From contig CAWBWI010000001.1 in the NCBI GenBank assembly GCA_963792585.1, positions 1,440,001-1,504,000 on the forward strand: a stretch of 64,000 nucleotides of DNA. Reading direction: 5' to 3'. The stretch comes from Candidatus Eiseniibacteriota bacterium. Lineage in GTDB: Bacteria > Eisenbacteria > RBG-16-71-46 > CAIMUX01 > VGJL01. This document shows positions 19,590-29,967 of the stretch, one piece after another. Numbering within the stretch: position 1 is the first letter of the stretch; each line of letters opens with the position of its first letter. A program made the translations under genes and the position numbers. The notes below the pieces were generated by a model. The model was not told the origin of the DNA. It saw only the letters and a list, made by a program, of their open reading frames with translations, and did not search any database.

Positions 19590-19661
19590 GGCGATACAAG
19601 ATAGCACAGGTTCTGCGGCGTAGCTTGCCCCGGCCGGCGGTCGGTGTTAGCGTCCGGCGGC

Positions 19662-20780
19662 GTGATCCCCGTTCGGAGGAAATCGCCCCCCAGGATCGTC
19701 CACCTGGTCACCGATCTACGGCTCGGGGGCACGCAGCGAATGATCCTCGCGCGCGTGCGGGGGATTTCCGGTTACGAACATCATGTCTGGGCTCCCGCGC
19801 GGATCGCTTCGGGCCACGCTACGGATATCGTAGAGGAGCTGGAGGACGCGGGAGCTTCGGTCATGGCCGGCCGCAGCGGCCCCTTCGGCGCCGCGACGTG
19901 GCTCGCCAAGGCGCATCTGCGGGTGTCGCGGCTCGCCCCCGCGATCGTCGAATCGACCCTCTACCACACACACCTCGTGGCGCCGCATCTGGCCTCCGCG
20001 GGCAGAGCGCGCTGGATCCTGTCGAAGGAGAGCACGGATGATTGGATGAGCGCGGCCCAGGCACGAAGGGAGGCGGGCATCGCGACCCGCGCCGATGCGG
20101 TCGTCGCCGTCTCCCGCGCCGCCGCGGCTGCTCTCGAACGCGCCGGGACACCTGCATCGAACGTGCGGGTGATCCCCAACGGGATACCGCCGGGGCCTCC
20201 CTCCTGGAGACCTCTCGATGAAGGGGGCGCGGAGCCGATGATCCTTTTCGTGGGGCGTCTGGATCCCGCGAAGGGACTGCCCGAACTGATCGGGGCCGCG
20301 CGCCTGCTGCTGGAACGAGGATGCCGGATCCGACTGCAGATCCAAGGAGACGGGCGCGAGGAAGGACTGGTCCGCGATGCGATGGCCATTGCGCCGCTGG
20401 CGGGCCGGGCGCGGCTCATCCCCCACGCCGAGGCGGTGAGATGCGCGCCGCGGCCCGAGAGTGCCCCCTGCATCTTCGTGCTCCCTTCCCGCTATGAGGG
20501 ATTCGGGATCGTCTTGCTCGAGGCGATGCGTCTCGGGCTGCCGGTTGTCGCCACGCGCACGGGTGGCATTCCGGAGGTCGTGCGCGACGGCATCGAAGGC
20601 CTGCTCGTCCCGCCGCGCGATCCCGCCGCACTCGCGGACGCGATCACGCACCTGATCGAGGATCCTGCGCTGCGCGGCAGGCTCGCGGCGGCCGGGCGCG
20701 CCCGCGCAGACGCGTTCCGCGAGGATGCGATGTGCGCGGCGTGGGGGGCCATCTACGCGGACCTGGCCGGCGTCCCGTGA
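19662..20780 (+). CDS. Glycosyltransferase family 4
   Basis: LGGTQR, VGRLDPAKG, PSRYEGFGIVLLEAM. Confidence 0.9.
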   Translation: MIPVRRKSPPRIVHLVTDLRLGGTQRMILARVRGISGYEHHVWAPARIASGHATDIVEELEDAGASVMAGRSGPFGAATWLAKAHLRVSRLAPAIVESTLYHTHLVAPHLASAGRARWILSKESTDDWMSAAQARREAGIATRADAVVAVSRAAAAALERAGTPASNVRVIPNGIPPGPPSWRPLDEGGAEPMILFVGRLDPAKGLPELIGAARLLLERGCRIRLQIQGDGREEGLVRDAMAIAPLAGRARLIPHAEAVRCAPRPESAPCIFVLPSRYEGFGIVLLEAMRLGLPVVATRTGGIPEVVRDGIEGLLVPPRDPAALADAITHLIEDPALRGRLAAAGRARADAFREDAMCAAWGAIYADLAGVP

Positions 20781-21904
20781 AGCACGTTCAGATCATCACA
20801 CGCCTCATCGTCGGCGGCGCCCAGCGGATTGCCATCGAAACCGCCGCCGATTGCCGGGCCCGCGGAGACGACGTCCAGATCTGGTGCGGTCCTCAGACGG
20901 GACCGGAGGGAAGTCTCGCGGACGAGACCCGTGCGCGCGGAATCCCCCTCCTGATAGTCCCCAATCTCGTGAAAGAGGTCTCCCCCCTTCGAGACGCGGC
21001 TGCCCTGCGTTGGCTCGCCGCGCGGTTGCGGCGGGAGCGGCCCGATGTCGTCCACACCCATAGCAGCAAGGCGGGAATCCTCGGACGCCGCGCGGCGCGC
21101 TCCGCGCGGATTCCGCGTATCGCCCATACCATCCACGGATGGGGCTTCTCGGAGCGCACACCACTCCCCGCGCGTCTTGCCTTCATTCTCGTCGAGCGCG
21201 CTGCGGCCGGCTGGGCGGACCGATTGGTCGCCGTCTCCGAGGCGGTGCGCGCGGAGGGGCTTCGCAATGGGATCGGTCGCGCGGATTCATATGAGGTGGT
21301 CCGCCCGGGGATCGACACCGTGGCCTACGAGGATCTCGCTGCGATCCAAGCGCGCGGGCGGGCGCTTCGTGACGCGCTCGGAATCCCATCCGATGCGGTC
21401 CTGGCCGGGACGGTCACCCGTCTCTCCCCGCAGAAGAACCCCATGCGGATCGTGAAGGCTGCACGCGATCACAAGGATCTTCACTGGCTGATCGTCGGGG
21501 ACGGACCGATGCGCGATGCGATCGAGAGGGAGATCTCCCGTAACGGGCTCTGCGATCGAGTGCGCCTGGCGGGACTGCGAGAGGACGTCGCCTCGTGCCT
21601 TGCCGCGCTCGACATCTTCGTCCTCACCTCACTGTGGGAGGGGCTCCCCCTGACCCTGCTGGAAGCGAAGATGGCGGGGGTCCCAATCGTCGCCGCGCGG
21701 GTGGGAGGAGTCGACGAGATCCTCCCGTCCCCTCCTGCGGGCTGGGGATTCCCGGTTGGGGACGCGACGGCGTTCGACCGGGCGCTGGCGTCCTGCGTCG
21801 CAGCGCTTCCCGCCGCCCGCGAGGCCGCGCTGCGCGACCGCGCGACGTCCATGGAGGAGCACTCCCTGCGAAGGATGCTGGATCGTATCCACGCGCTTTA
21901 CTAG
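20777..21904 (+). CDS. Glycosyltransferase family 4
   Basis: ITRLIVGGAQ, HTHSSKAGILGR, TSLWEGLPLTLLEA; GTGA overlap with the upstream gene. Confidence 0.9.
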   Translation: MKHVQIITRLIVGGAQRIAIETAADCRARGDDVQIWCGPQTGPEGSLADETRARGIPLLIVPNLVKEVSPLRDAAALRWLAARLRRERPDVVHTHSSKAGILGRRAARSARIPRIAHTIHGWGFSERTPLPARLAFILVERAAAGWADRLVAVSEAVRAEGLRNGIGRADSYEVVRPGIDTVAYEDLAAIQARGRALRDALGIPSDAVLAGTVTRLSPQKNPMRIVKAARDHKDLHWLIVGDGPMRDAIEREISRNGLCDRVRLAGLREDVASCLAALDIFVLTSLWEGLPLTLLEAKMAGVPIVAARVGGVDEILPSPPAGWGFPVGDATAFDRALASCVAALPAAREAALRDRATSMEEHSLRRMLDRIHALY

Positions 21905-21962
21905 ACTCCCCTCATTGTTGAGGTTCGATGAGACCGGCACGCCCGGTAGGAGGTTTGCGTCC

Positions 21963-23240
21963 ATGCGTGGCACATTCGATCGTCAATCCGCCTTCGGAAA
22001 CGCGCTGCGGCAGTTCGACCGCGCCGCGAAGATCCTGAAGCTGTCCAACAACCAGATCGCGGTCATCAAGGAACCGCGCCGTGTGACCGAGGTGCGTCTG
22101 CCGGTCCAGATGGATGACGGGAGCATCGAGGTCTTCACCGGTTACCGGGTGCAGCACAACATCGCGCGGGGGCCGGCGAAGGGAGGCGTTCGCTTCCATC
22201 CCGATGTGAACATCGACGAGGTCAAGGCGCTCGCTTTCTGGATGACCTACAAGTGCGCGGTCGTGAATATTCCAATGGGCGGCGGCAAGGGAGGGGTCAT
22301 CGTCGACCCCGATAAGCTCTCCCTGGCCGAGAAGGAGCGTCTTTGCCGGCGCTACTTCGCCGAGATGATCGACCTCTTCGGGGGCAACCGCGACGTCCCC
22401 GCGCCCGATGTGAACACGGGCCCGCAGGTCATGGCCTGGTTCATGGACACCTATTCGATGCACCACCAGGACTATCTGCCGGAGGTCGTGACGGGCAAGC
22501 CGGTCGAGATCGGCGGCAGTCTGGGCCGCGAGACGGCGACGGCCGACGGGGTGACGATCTGCATCCGCGACGCTGCGCGGCATCTCAAGCTGGATCTCGC
22601 GGGCGCGCGCGTGGCCGTCCAGGGCTTCGGCAACGTGGGCAGCTACACCGCGCTGAACCTGCTCCGCGACGGCTGCAAGATCGTGGCCCTTGCCGATGTG
22701 ACCGGCGCCTACGTCAACCCGCGTGGGATCAACGTCGAGAAGTTCGCGGAGTACGCGCGGGCGCACAGGGGGAAGCTCAAGGGGATCGAGAAGGAGATCA
22801 AGGGCGTCCGGCTCCTCAAGGACGCGAAGGACATCCTGGAACTCGACCTCGAGATCCTCGTTCCCGCCGCGCTCGAGAACCAGATCAACGGGGACAACGC
22901 GGGCAGGATTCAGGCGAGGATGATCGCCGAAGGGGCGAACGGGCCTCTGACCACCGAGGCGGACGACATCCTGGACAAGATGAACGTCTTCGTGATCCCC
23001 GACATCCTCTGCAACGCGGGGGGCGTGACCGTCAGCTACCTCGAGTGGGTTCAGAACAGGATGGGGTACTACTGGTCGGAGCGGCGCGTCTACGAGGACC
23101 TCGAGCAGATCATGAAGTCGGCGTTCCGGACGGTGCTCGAGACGAGCATCCAGTACAAGGTCAACATGCGCATCGCCGCCTTCATCGTGGCGATCAAGCG
23201 CGTCACCCAAGCGGCGGAGCTTCGCGGGTTGTACGCATAG
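21963..23240 (+). CDS. gdhA: Glu/Leu/Phe/Val dehydrogenase (glutamate dehydrogenase)
   Basis: RGPAKGGVRFHP, GGGKGG, DVPAPDVNT, QGFGNVG, NAGGVTVSY; AGGAGG RBS. Confidence 0.93.
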   Translation: MRGTFDRQSAFGNALRQFDRAAKILKLSNNQIAVIKEPRRVTEVRLPVQMDDGSIEVFTGYRVQHNIARGPAKGGVRFHPDVNIDEVKALAFWMTYKCAVVNIPMGGGKGGVIVDPDKLSLAEKERLCRRYFAEMIDLFGGNRDVPAPDVNTGPQVMAWFMDTYSMHHQDYLPEVVTGKPVEIGGSLGRETATADGVTICIRDAARHLKLDLAGARVAVQGFGNVGSYTALNLLRDGCKIVALADVTGAYVNPRGINVEKFAEYARAHRGKLKGIEKEIKGVRLLKDAKDILELDLEILVPAALENQINGDNAGRIQARMIAEGANGPLTTEADDILDKMNVFVIPDILCNAGGVTVSYLEWVQNRMGYYWSERRVYEDLEQIMKSAFRTVLETSIQYKVNMRIAAFIVAIKRVTQAAELRGLYA

Positions 23241-23296
23241 CGACGGCAGGTTCGCCCGCGTGATCCGGAGCGCCAGTCGCGGGGGCGCACGCAAGA

Positions 23297-23327
23297 AAGC
23301 CCGGAGGCGATGACCGCCTCCGGGCTT
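23297..23327. terminator. Hairpin between convergent genes
   Basis: AAGCCCGGAGGCG-N5-CGCCTCCGGGCTT. Confidence 0.7.
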
Positions 23328-23349
23328 CCCACTTGAACCGAAGTTCAGA

Positions 23350-24261
23350 CTAGCGGAACAACGACTTGACGGCGCCCCAGGTCGCGTCCTGAACCGGGGT
23401 CGCACAGGGAATGCCCTCGTGCTTGCGGATGATGTTGTCACCGAAACCGGAAACGTAGACGAACGCGGACTCGTCGGAGGTGATGGCCGTCGTGCTGGAC
23501 CCAGCAGCATTGAAGGTCTGCGACGGGCTGTTGAACGGCGAGTCGTAGTAGCCGAGCTGGTTGGCACCGAAGTCGGCGATGAAGAAAGCGTTCAGGCAGT
23601 TGTCATAGTCGACACCCGCGAAGAAGCCGTACGCGACTTCCTGCGAGATCTGGGTCCAGGTGCCGCCCGCGTTGAGGGTGATCTGGTGGATGTACCCCTC
23701 GAAGTCACTCGCCCAAACGTCGCCGTTGGCGTCGACGGCGACGCCGATGATGGTGTTGATGTGGGCGCCGTTCGTGCATCCATTGCTCGCGCCGTCCAGG
23801 ATCCAGTGGTCGAGAAGCGCGCCGCTGACCCGATCGACCGAGTAGATGATGTCGTCGCTGAGGATCAGGTCACCCTGGTAGTCGGCGATCAACAGGCGAT
23901 TGCCGTCCACACAGGCGTCGTCCGAGAAGCCATCGGTGGTCAACCCGTAGGCCGTGACGTTGAACGTACGGATCACGGGATGTCCCGCACCGACGCTGAT
24001 CAGCGAGATGCTGCCGGTGCTCTCGTTGGCAACCCAGACACCGTTGTCGTTCGGGTCATAGGCGAGGCCGACGATGTTGGCGATCCCCGGGTTCCACGAG
24101 TCGATCTGGGTGCCGAATGAGCGGTCCGGGGCGCTGCCGCCCTGGCCGCCGATTCCGTTCGCCGTGCAGTAATCGACAAAGCTGCTGTACTCCGTGGCGC
24201 CAGCAACGCTGACAACCGAGGCCAGCAGGGACAGAGCGACAATCCAGTAGCACTTCCGCAT
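23350..24261 (-). CDS. Secreted beta-propeller-like protein with C-terminal TWGAVKSLFR tail
   Basis: Signal peptide MRKCYWIVALSLLASVVSVAGA; AAGGAGG RBS; NHL-like GLAYD/GVAVD/GVDYD repeats. Confidence 0.8.
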   Translation of the reverse strand: MRKCYWIVALSLLASVVSVAGATEYSSFVDYCTANGIGGQGGSAPDRSFGTQIDSWNPGIANIVGLAYDPNDNGVWVANESTGSISLISVGAGHPVIRTFNVTAYGLTTDGFSDDACVDGNRLLIADYQGDLILSDDIIYSVDRVSGALLDHWILDGASNGCTNGAHINTIIGVAVDANGDVWASDFEGYIHQITLNAGGTWTQISQEVAYGFFAGVDYDNCLNAFFIADFGANQLGYYDSPFNSPSQTFNAAGSSTTAITSDESAFVYVSGFGDNIIRKHEGIPCATPVQDATWGAVKSLFR

Positions 24262-24472
24262 GCGATTCCTCCTTGGTCTCCGAATGTTCACATTCGCTCC
24301 CGCGTGAAACCGGCCATGGCGCAGGAGCGGTTCACTGGGTGTGGCTTACACGCCCCCCCAAAGTGGTTGAAACATCATAAGCCCAGATGCATTCCGACTC
24401 AAGGGAAACCGTTGGTTACCCCGCTTCTATATTATCGCCAATTGCGGCGATATAATTGGGTGGATTCGTACG

Positions 24473-25600
24473 CTAAAAGCGTGGATATCCACTCAAAGAC
24501 TGCCACGCCCACTGGAACTCGACTCTCCGTTCGGGCGGCGCTCCCCGGACTTCCAGGACGCGGAACTTCGCGTAGTGCCCGTCCGCAGTGAGAATGGCGT
24601 ACACGGTATTGTCGATGAGTTGCGCTTCTCGAACCATGGGGCCGTCGTTCGGCATCGCAGCATCCCAGTCGGATCCCAGGACCTGAATCCCCGTCACGCG
24701 GCTCGTCCAGGAGGGGTCCCGATAGGAGAGTAGGTTGGGGCTCTTGATCCGAAGCTCTCCGGGACCGTCCGAGGGATCGCTGGTGCCCAGATACAGGTCG
24801 ATCCTCTCGATCTGGACGGGATCGAGCGTCTCCACGAGCCCTCCCGGCAGATGCACCCCTTTCGCTCCACGGCGGCTCGAAACCTCGTATAGGGAGCCGC
24901 TTCCGAAGCCGTCGAGCCGCGCCGCCGTGTCGATCTCCGGTCCCGCTTCGGACCGCTCGATCAATCCTTCGTAGTCGCGCCGCGAACGGAGGTGGATGAA
25001 GATCTTCTCCCCCGGCGTCACCGAGAGGAGCCTGTACTGCAGGCGATCGAGAGGTACCGGCGTCCGGAGGTATCGGGCGAGGGTTTCGGGGGGTGCGTCC
25101 AGAAGGGAATGGGTGGCGGCATAGACTTCGTACCCCGTCCAGTGCTCGACCGACGCATCCCGTGCCGACCGCCATCCGACGCTGACCAGGTTCGCCCCGT
25201 TGCTGAACCCGATCGAGTCGGGCGGCGCCACCCTCACCACCTCGATCGGCAGGGTCGTTGTGACCGTGTCCTCGAAGTCGGTGACCCATACCCGGAGCGA
25301 TTGCGGACCGATCCCCGGCGGGCTCACCCAGGCAACGGTGGAAAGCACGTTGCCGGAGGGAAAGCGCCCCGAGGAGGCCTCCCACCAGTACTTCATGAAC
25401 TCCTTGTCCCGGTCCCTGGCTTTACAGGCCGCGAAGATCTGCTGCGCGGCGAGGATCCGCGCGGGATGCGCTTCAACCGATAGGATCTCGGGAGGATTGT
25501 TCTCGGGGGGCGGGGATGGCATGGTCTCTTTCGAGCAGCCGAGAGGCAGGCACGCGAGAAGTGCAACGATCATGGGCCATCGCATCGGGACCGCCTTCAC
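24473..25600 (-). CDS. Putative lipoprotein (Ig/PKD-like N-terminus, HmuY-like C-terminal motif)
   Basis: Lipobox LPLGC; NNPPEI Ig start; C-terminal VYAILTADGHYAKFRV. Confidence 0.7.
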   Translation of the reverse strand: MKAVPMRWPMIVALLACLPLGCSKETMPSPPPENNPPEILSVEAHPARILAAQQIFAACKARDRDKEFMKYWWEASSGRFPSGNVLSTVAWVSPPGIGPQSLRVWVTDFEDTVTTTLPIEVVRVAPPDSIGFSNGANLVSVGWRSARDASVEHWTGYEVYAATHSLLDAPPETLARYLRTPVPLDRLQYRLLSVTPGEKIFIHLRSRRDYEGLIERSEAGPEIDTAARLDGFGSGSLYEVSSRRGAKGVHLPGGLVETLDPVQIERIDLYLGTSDPSDGPGELRIKSPNLLSYRDPSWTSRVTGIQVLGSDWDAAMPNDGPMVREAQLIDNTVYAILTADGHYAKFRVLEVRGAPPERRVEFQWAWQSLSGYPRF

Positions 25601-25689
25601 CCCGGCTCCATGGTCGGAGTATGCAGCGGACCGGGCCCCAGGCCAAGCGGCACTTCGCGGCGGAGGGATCCGGCGGGGAGGTCCGGACC

Positions 25690-26112
25690 CTAGTGGGCCG
25701 GGCTCATCACCGTCGGTACGGCGGCCCGATGAGGCTGCCCCCCCCAGCGCGCGCGACGGATCATGAACAGGTTGAGGGCCGTGGCCACCCCGTCGCCGTT
25801 TCCGACCCGGGTGGCATGGCGCACGTTCGGCTCGACGGAGATCATCTCGCCCTTGCCGACGCGGATCGTCTGGCCCTCGATGACGAACTCGAGGGTTCCC
25901 TCTTCGACGATCGTGATCTGCTCTTGGGGATGGAAGTGCTCCGGAAAGTCCGTGGCGTCCTGGTACACACAGCGGACGACAGTGACCCGGTCGGTAGCGA
26001 TCACCTGCTGCTCGAGGAAGCGCTTGGCTTCGCTCGGCTCGACCCCTCGTAGGTCCTTCCAGCTGCTCAGCGTGTAGCGCCCGATGTGGGTGCGGTTGCC
26101 GATTCGCGACAC
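25690..26112 (-). CDS. Cupin domain protein
   Basis: PEHFHPQEQITIVEEGTLEF...PNVRH. Confidence 0.85.
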   Translation of the reverse strand: MSRIGNRTHIGRYTLSSWKDLRGVEPSEAKRFLEQQVIATDRVTVVRCVYQDATDFPEHFHPQEQITIVEEGTLEFVIEGQTIRVGKGEMISVEPNVRHATRVGNGDGVATALNLFMIRRARWGGQPHRAAVPTVMSPAH

Positions 26113-26166
26113 AGTCCCTCTCCTCGCGTGAATGGTTCGATGCGGAGGGTGCCTCCTCCGCCGCAC

Positions 26167-26955
26167 CTATCGGCGCGAAGGGAGCCCTTCTGAAGAGGAC
26201 ATTGCGCGACGGGCAATTCCATCGATCGCCGAGACGAGTTCATCCACGCTGTCGGCGACCGCGTCGGGAGTTTCCTCGGGTCCGGCCGGCGGAATCCGGC
26301 TAATACTCTCCCTGCCCTGACTCTCGAAATAGAGGGCCTCGTACTCGCCGCGCGGCCGGTAGGCCTTCAGTTCGTGCGGAATGCGACAGAGGATGGTCCA
26401 CATCCCGACCGCGCGCGCGGGGGCGATGTCGTTGTCGGCGCGGTCGCCGATCATGACCGCCTCATTGGCCGCGCACCCTGCCCGGTCGAGAGCCCAGAGG
26501 TAGAGCTTCGGATCCGGCTTGCGAATGCCGACGGCCTCGCTGATCGCCCTTATCCGGATGAACGGCCCCAGGCCGACCTGGTCGAGGGCGCCGGAGACTT
26601 CTTTCAGTTGGTTGGCGACGACACCGATCGCGAAACGGTCGGCCAGTCGACGGACCACCTCATCCATTCCCGGGATAATGGAATGGCTGGCCATGTAGTC
26701 AGCGCGCATCTGCGAAGCGCAGCGGTGCATCAGCCGGTAGTGGCCCTCCTCACCGAGATACTTGCGGCCGAGAACCGCCCAGTGCTCCGGGCCACGGGTA
26801 CGGATCAGTTCCTCCCGCTCGGCGAGCAGATCGCGGAAGCTGAATCGGTAGCCGTGGGAGCAGAGCGCGCGGTGGAGTTCCCGGTAGAGCAGCGCCATCG
26901 CCGGGTCGTCATTCATCAGCACGTTGCCGATGTCGAGGAATACCCAGCGAAGCAC
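26167..26955 (-). CDS. HAD-family hydrolase
   Basis: FLDIGNVL, RKPDP, MIGDRADNDI. Confidence 0.88.
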   Translation of the reverse strand: MLRWVFLDIGNVLMNDDPAMALLYRELHRALCSHGYRFSFRDLLAEREELIRTRGPEHWAVLGRKYLGEEGHYRLMHRCASQMRADYMASHSIIPGMDEVVRRLADRFAIGVVANQLKEVSGALDQVGLGPFIRIRAISEAVGIRKPDPKLYLWALDRAGCAANEAVMIGDRADNDIAPARAVGMWTILCRIPHELKAYRPRGEYEALYFESQGRESISRIPPAGPEETPDAVADSVDELVSAIDGIARRAMSSSEGLPSRR

Positions 26956-26962
26956 GGCGGAC

Positions 26963-28414
26963 CTACCGGACAGCCAGCACCGAGGCCCTCGCGTAGTCGA
27001 GCAAGCGTGTCACACCCGGAAGTCCCGCGTCGGGGCCGAAGCCGGCCCAGAGGATGGCGAACACGCAGACGGCCACGACAAGGGCGGCGGCAAAGCTCCG
27101 TCCCGCCTCCAGTTTCAAGATGGAAGGTCGCATATAGAGGGTCACCATCACACGAAGATAGTAGGCGACCGACAGCGCGCTGTTGAGCACGGCGATCACG
27201 ACCAGGGGCACGTGTCCGTGGTTGACGGCGCTGCGGAAGATCGCGTACTTCCCGAAGAATCCCGCCGTTGGCGGAATCCCCGATAGAGCGATCATGAATA
27301 CGCTCATCGCGATCCCCATGGCGGGATACCGCCAACCGAGTCCGCCGTAGTCGCCCATGTCGAGGTGCTCGTTGCCCTTTTCCCCGAAGGCGACGACAAC
27401 GGCGAACGCCCCGATGGTCATGAACGTGTAGGCGAGGAGATAGTAGAGGATCGCGGAGATCGCATCCGGATCGCCGGACGCGGCGTAGACGGTCACCCCG
27501 ACGAGGATGTAGCCCGCGTGCGCGATCGACGAATAGGCGAGCATCCGTTTGATGTTCGATTGGGTCAGGGCCGCCAGATTGCCGACCGTCATGGTGAGAA
27601 CGGCCAGCCACCAGAAGAGCTGGGTCAACGGGAGGCCGGTGAGCGCGCCGGTTTTGTAGGCCAGGACACGCAGGAGGGCGGCGAACGCGGCCGCCTTCAC
27701 CCCGGTCGCCATGAAGGCCGTCACCGTCGTCGGGGCTCCCTCGTACACGTCGGGAGTCCACATGTGGAAGGGCACCGCCGCGACCTTGAAGAGGAAGCCG
27801 ACGAGCAACAGCAGGTAGCCGATCTGCAACAGGGGCTCTGCTTCGGGCACCGCGCGCATCGCCGCCGTCAATTCCGTCGTCCCCGCCGCGCCATAGACGA
27901 ACGCGATTCCCAGAAGGAGGATCGCGCTCGAGAACGCCCCGAGCAGGAAGTACTTCAGCGCCGCCTCCCCGCTCTTCGCGTCGCGGCGGCTGTACCCCGA
28001 GAGGATGTAGACGGGAATCGAGAGCAACTCGAGTCCGAGGAATAGGATCAGCAGGTCGGTCGAGGAGGCGAAGAGGACCAAACCGGCGCTCGAGAAGAGA
28101 AGGAGCGCGAAGAAATCCCCCCGCATCCGGCCGATCCGCCGGAGATAGGGCTCGGAAAGGACCGCCGCCAGCGCGGCGCTGACGCAAACGAGCGCCGTGA
28201 CGAAGGTCGAGAAACGATCGACCGTGAGCCATCCGGCGCCGGCCGCATTTCCGCCGGTGACCGCACGCACGAAGGCCACGATGAGCACGAGCAAGGTCGG
28301 GATGCTCCAGGGAATCGTTCGCTTGCGTCCAAGGATCGTGTCGAGAAGGACGAGCAGGAGCGCACCGCCGGCCAGCACCAGGAAGGGGCCGCGTGGAAGC
28401 CACGAGAGGATCAT
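26963..28414 (-). CDS. nuoN: NADH-quinone oxidoreductase subunit N
   Basis: EAALKYFLLG, PFHMWTPDVYEGAP, KRMLAYSSIAHAGY. Confidence 0.95.
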   Translation of the reverse strand: MILSWLPRGPFLVLAGGALLLVLLDTILGRKRTIPWSIPTLLVLIVAFVRAVTGGNAAGAGWLTVDRFSTFVTALVCVSAALAAVLSEPYLRRIGRMRGDFFALLLFSSAGLVLFASSTDLLILFLGLELLSIPVYILSGYSRRDAKSGEAALKYFLLGAFSSAILLLGIAFVYGAAGTTELTAAMRAVPEAEPLLQIGYLLLLVGFLFKVAAVPFHMWTPDVYEGAPTTVTAFMATGVKAAAFAALLRVLAYKTGALTGLPLTQLFWWLAVLTMTVGNLAALTQSNIKRMLAYSSIAHAGYILVGVTVYAASGDPDAISAILYYLLAYTFMTIGAFAVVVAFGEKGNEHLDMGDYGGLGWRYPAMGIAMSVFMIALSGIPPTAGFFGKYAIFRSAVNHGHVPLVVIAVLNSALSVAYYLRVMVTLYMRPSILKLEAGRSFAAALVVAVCVFAILWAGFGPDAGLPGVTRLLDYARASVLAVR

Positions 28415-29967
28415 CGCGCATCCCCCCCTTCCGGCAGTCGGGCCAGCGGAGGCGACGGCGCGGGCTCCGGCGCGATCGATGCGGTCTGCACGCGGCCCAG
28501 GGCGTTCGCCAGGGCCGGCTGCATCCGGTCCAGCAAGGTCCGCGGTTGGACCCCCATGTAGACGATCAGGATCAGGATCGGAAGCAGCAGGAGTCCCTCA
28601 CGCGGAGTGAGGTCGGTGAGGCCCCGATTCTCCTCGTGGCGCAACGGGCCGAAGAGGAACCGCTGCGTCAGCCAGAGCATGTACACCGCCCCCAGGACCA
28701 CTCCCGTCGTTGCGAGGATCGCCGCCGTGCGGTGGGGACCAAAGGCACCCAAAAGGATCAGGAATTCCCCCACGAAACCGTTCAGGCCCGGCAGACCGAT
28801 CGAGGAGAGCGTCACGAAGATGAAGACCGCGGCGAAGATCGGCACGCGCGCCGCGATCCCGCCATAGTCGGCAATCATCCGCGTGTGACGGCGCTCGTAG
28901 ATCATTCCGACGAGCAGGAAGAGCGCGCCGGTCGAGAGGCCGTGGCTGAGCATCTGGTAGAGTGCGCCGGAGAAGGCCTCCAGGTTGAACGAGAAGAGCC
29001 CCAACATCACGTATCCGAGGTGGCTCACCGACGAGTAGGCGACGAGCTTCTTGATGTCCTCCTGGACCATCGCGACCAACGCGCCGTAGATGATCCCGAT
29101 CACTGCCAGGGCGACCATGAGCGGCTGGAATGTGATGGCGGCCGTCGGGAAGAGGGGGATCGCGAAGCGGAGGAAGCCGTAGGTCCCGAGCTTCAGGAGG
29201 ACTCCGGCGAGAATGACGCTGCCCGCCGTGGGCGCCTCGACGTGAGCGTCGGGTAGCCAGGTGTGGAGCGGGAAGACCGGCACCTTGATCGCGAACGCGA
29301 GCCCGAAGGCGGCGAAGAGCCACCACTGCTGGCCCGCGGTCAGGGTCAGAGCCTGGAAATCGGAAAGATCGAAACCGCGCGATCCGGTCTGCCTGTAGAG
29401 GTAGAGGATCGCGATCAGCATCAGGAGAGAACCGACGATCGTGTAGAGAACGAACTTCACCGCGGCATAGATTCGCCGCGGTCCGCCCCAGACACCGATC
29501 AGCACATACATCGGGATCAGCATCAGCTCCCAGAAGATGTAGAACAGGAATAGATCGAGTGCCATGAAGGCGCCGAGCATCCCCGTCTCGAGCAGGAGCA
29601 GCATCGAGTGGAAGGCGCGAATCCGTTCGCCGATTCCGGACCAGCTCGCGACCACCACGATCGGCGTGAGAAGAGTGGTCAGGAGGACCAGGAAGAGCGA
29701 GATCCCGTCGATTCCCAGGTGGTAGCGGATCCCGAACATCCGGATCCAGACGATATTCTCTTCGAACTGCATGCTGGCGTCGGCGCGGAAGCCGCCGATT
29801 AGTTTGCACGAGATCAGGAACGTGGCCACCGAGACGGCGAGGGCCAGCCAACGGCACCAGAGGGGTCGATCCTTGGGAACGAGGAGCATCAGGATCGCAC
29901 CTGCGAGTGGCAGGAAGATGATCCAGGTCAGGAGTCCCGGTGCGGCGGTCATGGCGCCCCCCATCAC
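28411..29967 (-). CDS. nuoM: NADH-quinone oxidoreductase subunit M
   Basis: [39 protein letters not shown]. Confidence 0.95.
   Translation of the reverse strand: MMGGAMTAAPGLLTWIIFLPLAGAILMLLVPKDRPLWCRWLALAVSVATFLISCKLIGGFRADASMQFEENIVWIRMFGIRYHLGIDGISLFLVLLTTLLTPIVVVASWSGIGERIRAFHSMLLLLETGMLGAFMALDLFLFYIFWELMLIPMYVLIGVWGGPRRIYAAVKFVLYTIVGSLLMLIAILYLYRQTGSRGFDLSDFQALTLTAGQQWWLFAAFGLAFAIKVPVFPLHTWLPDAHVEAPTAGSVILAGVLLKLGTYGFLRFAIPLFPTAAITFQPLMVALAVIGIIYGALVAMVQEDIKKLVAYSSVSHLGYVMLGLFSFNLEAFSGALYQMLSHGLSTGALFLLVGMIYERRHTRMIADYGGIAARVPIFAAVFIFVTLSSIGLPGLNGFVGEFLILLGAFGPHRTAAILATTGVVLGAVYMLWLTQRFLFGPLRHEENRGLTDLTPREGLLLLPILILIVYMGVQPRTLLDRMQPALANALGRVQTASIAPEPAPSPPLARLPEGGDAR

Noticed and set aside
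24429..24456. Imperfect palindrome TATCGCC-AATTGC-GGCGATA
   Set aside because: Single occurrence; cannot tell terminator, operator or chance apart.
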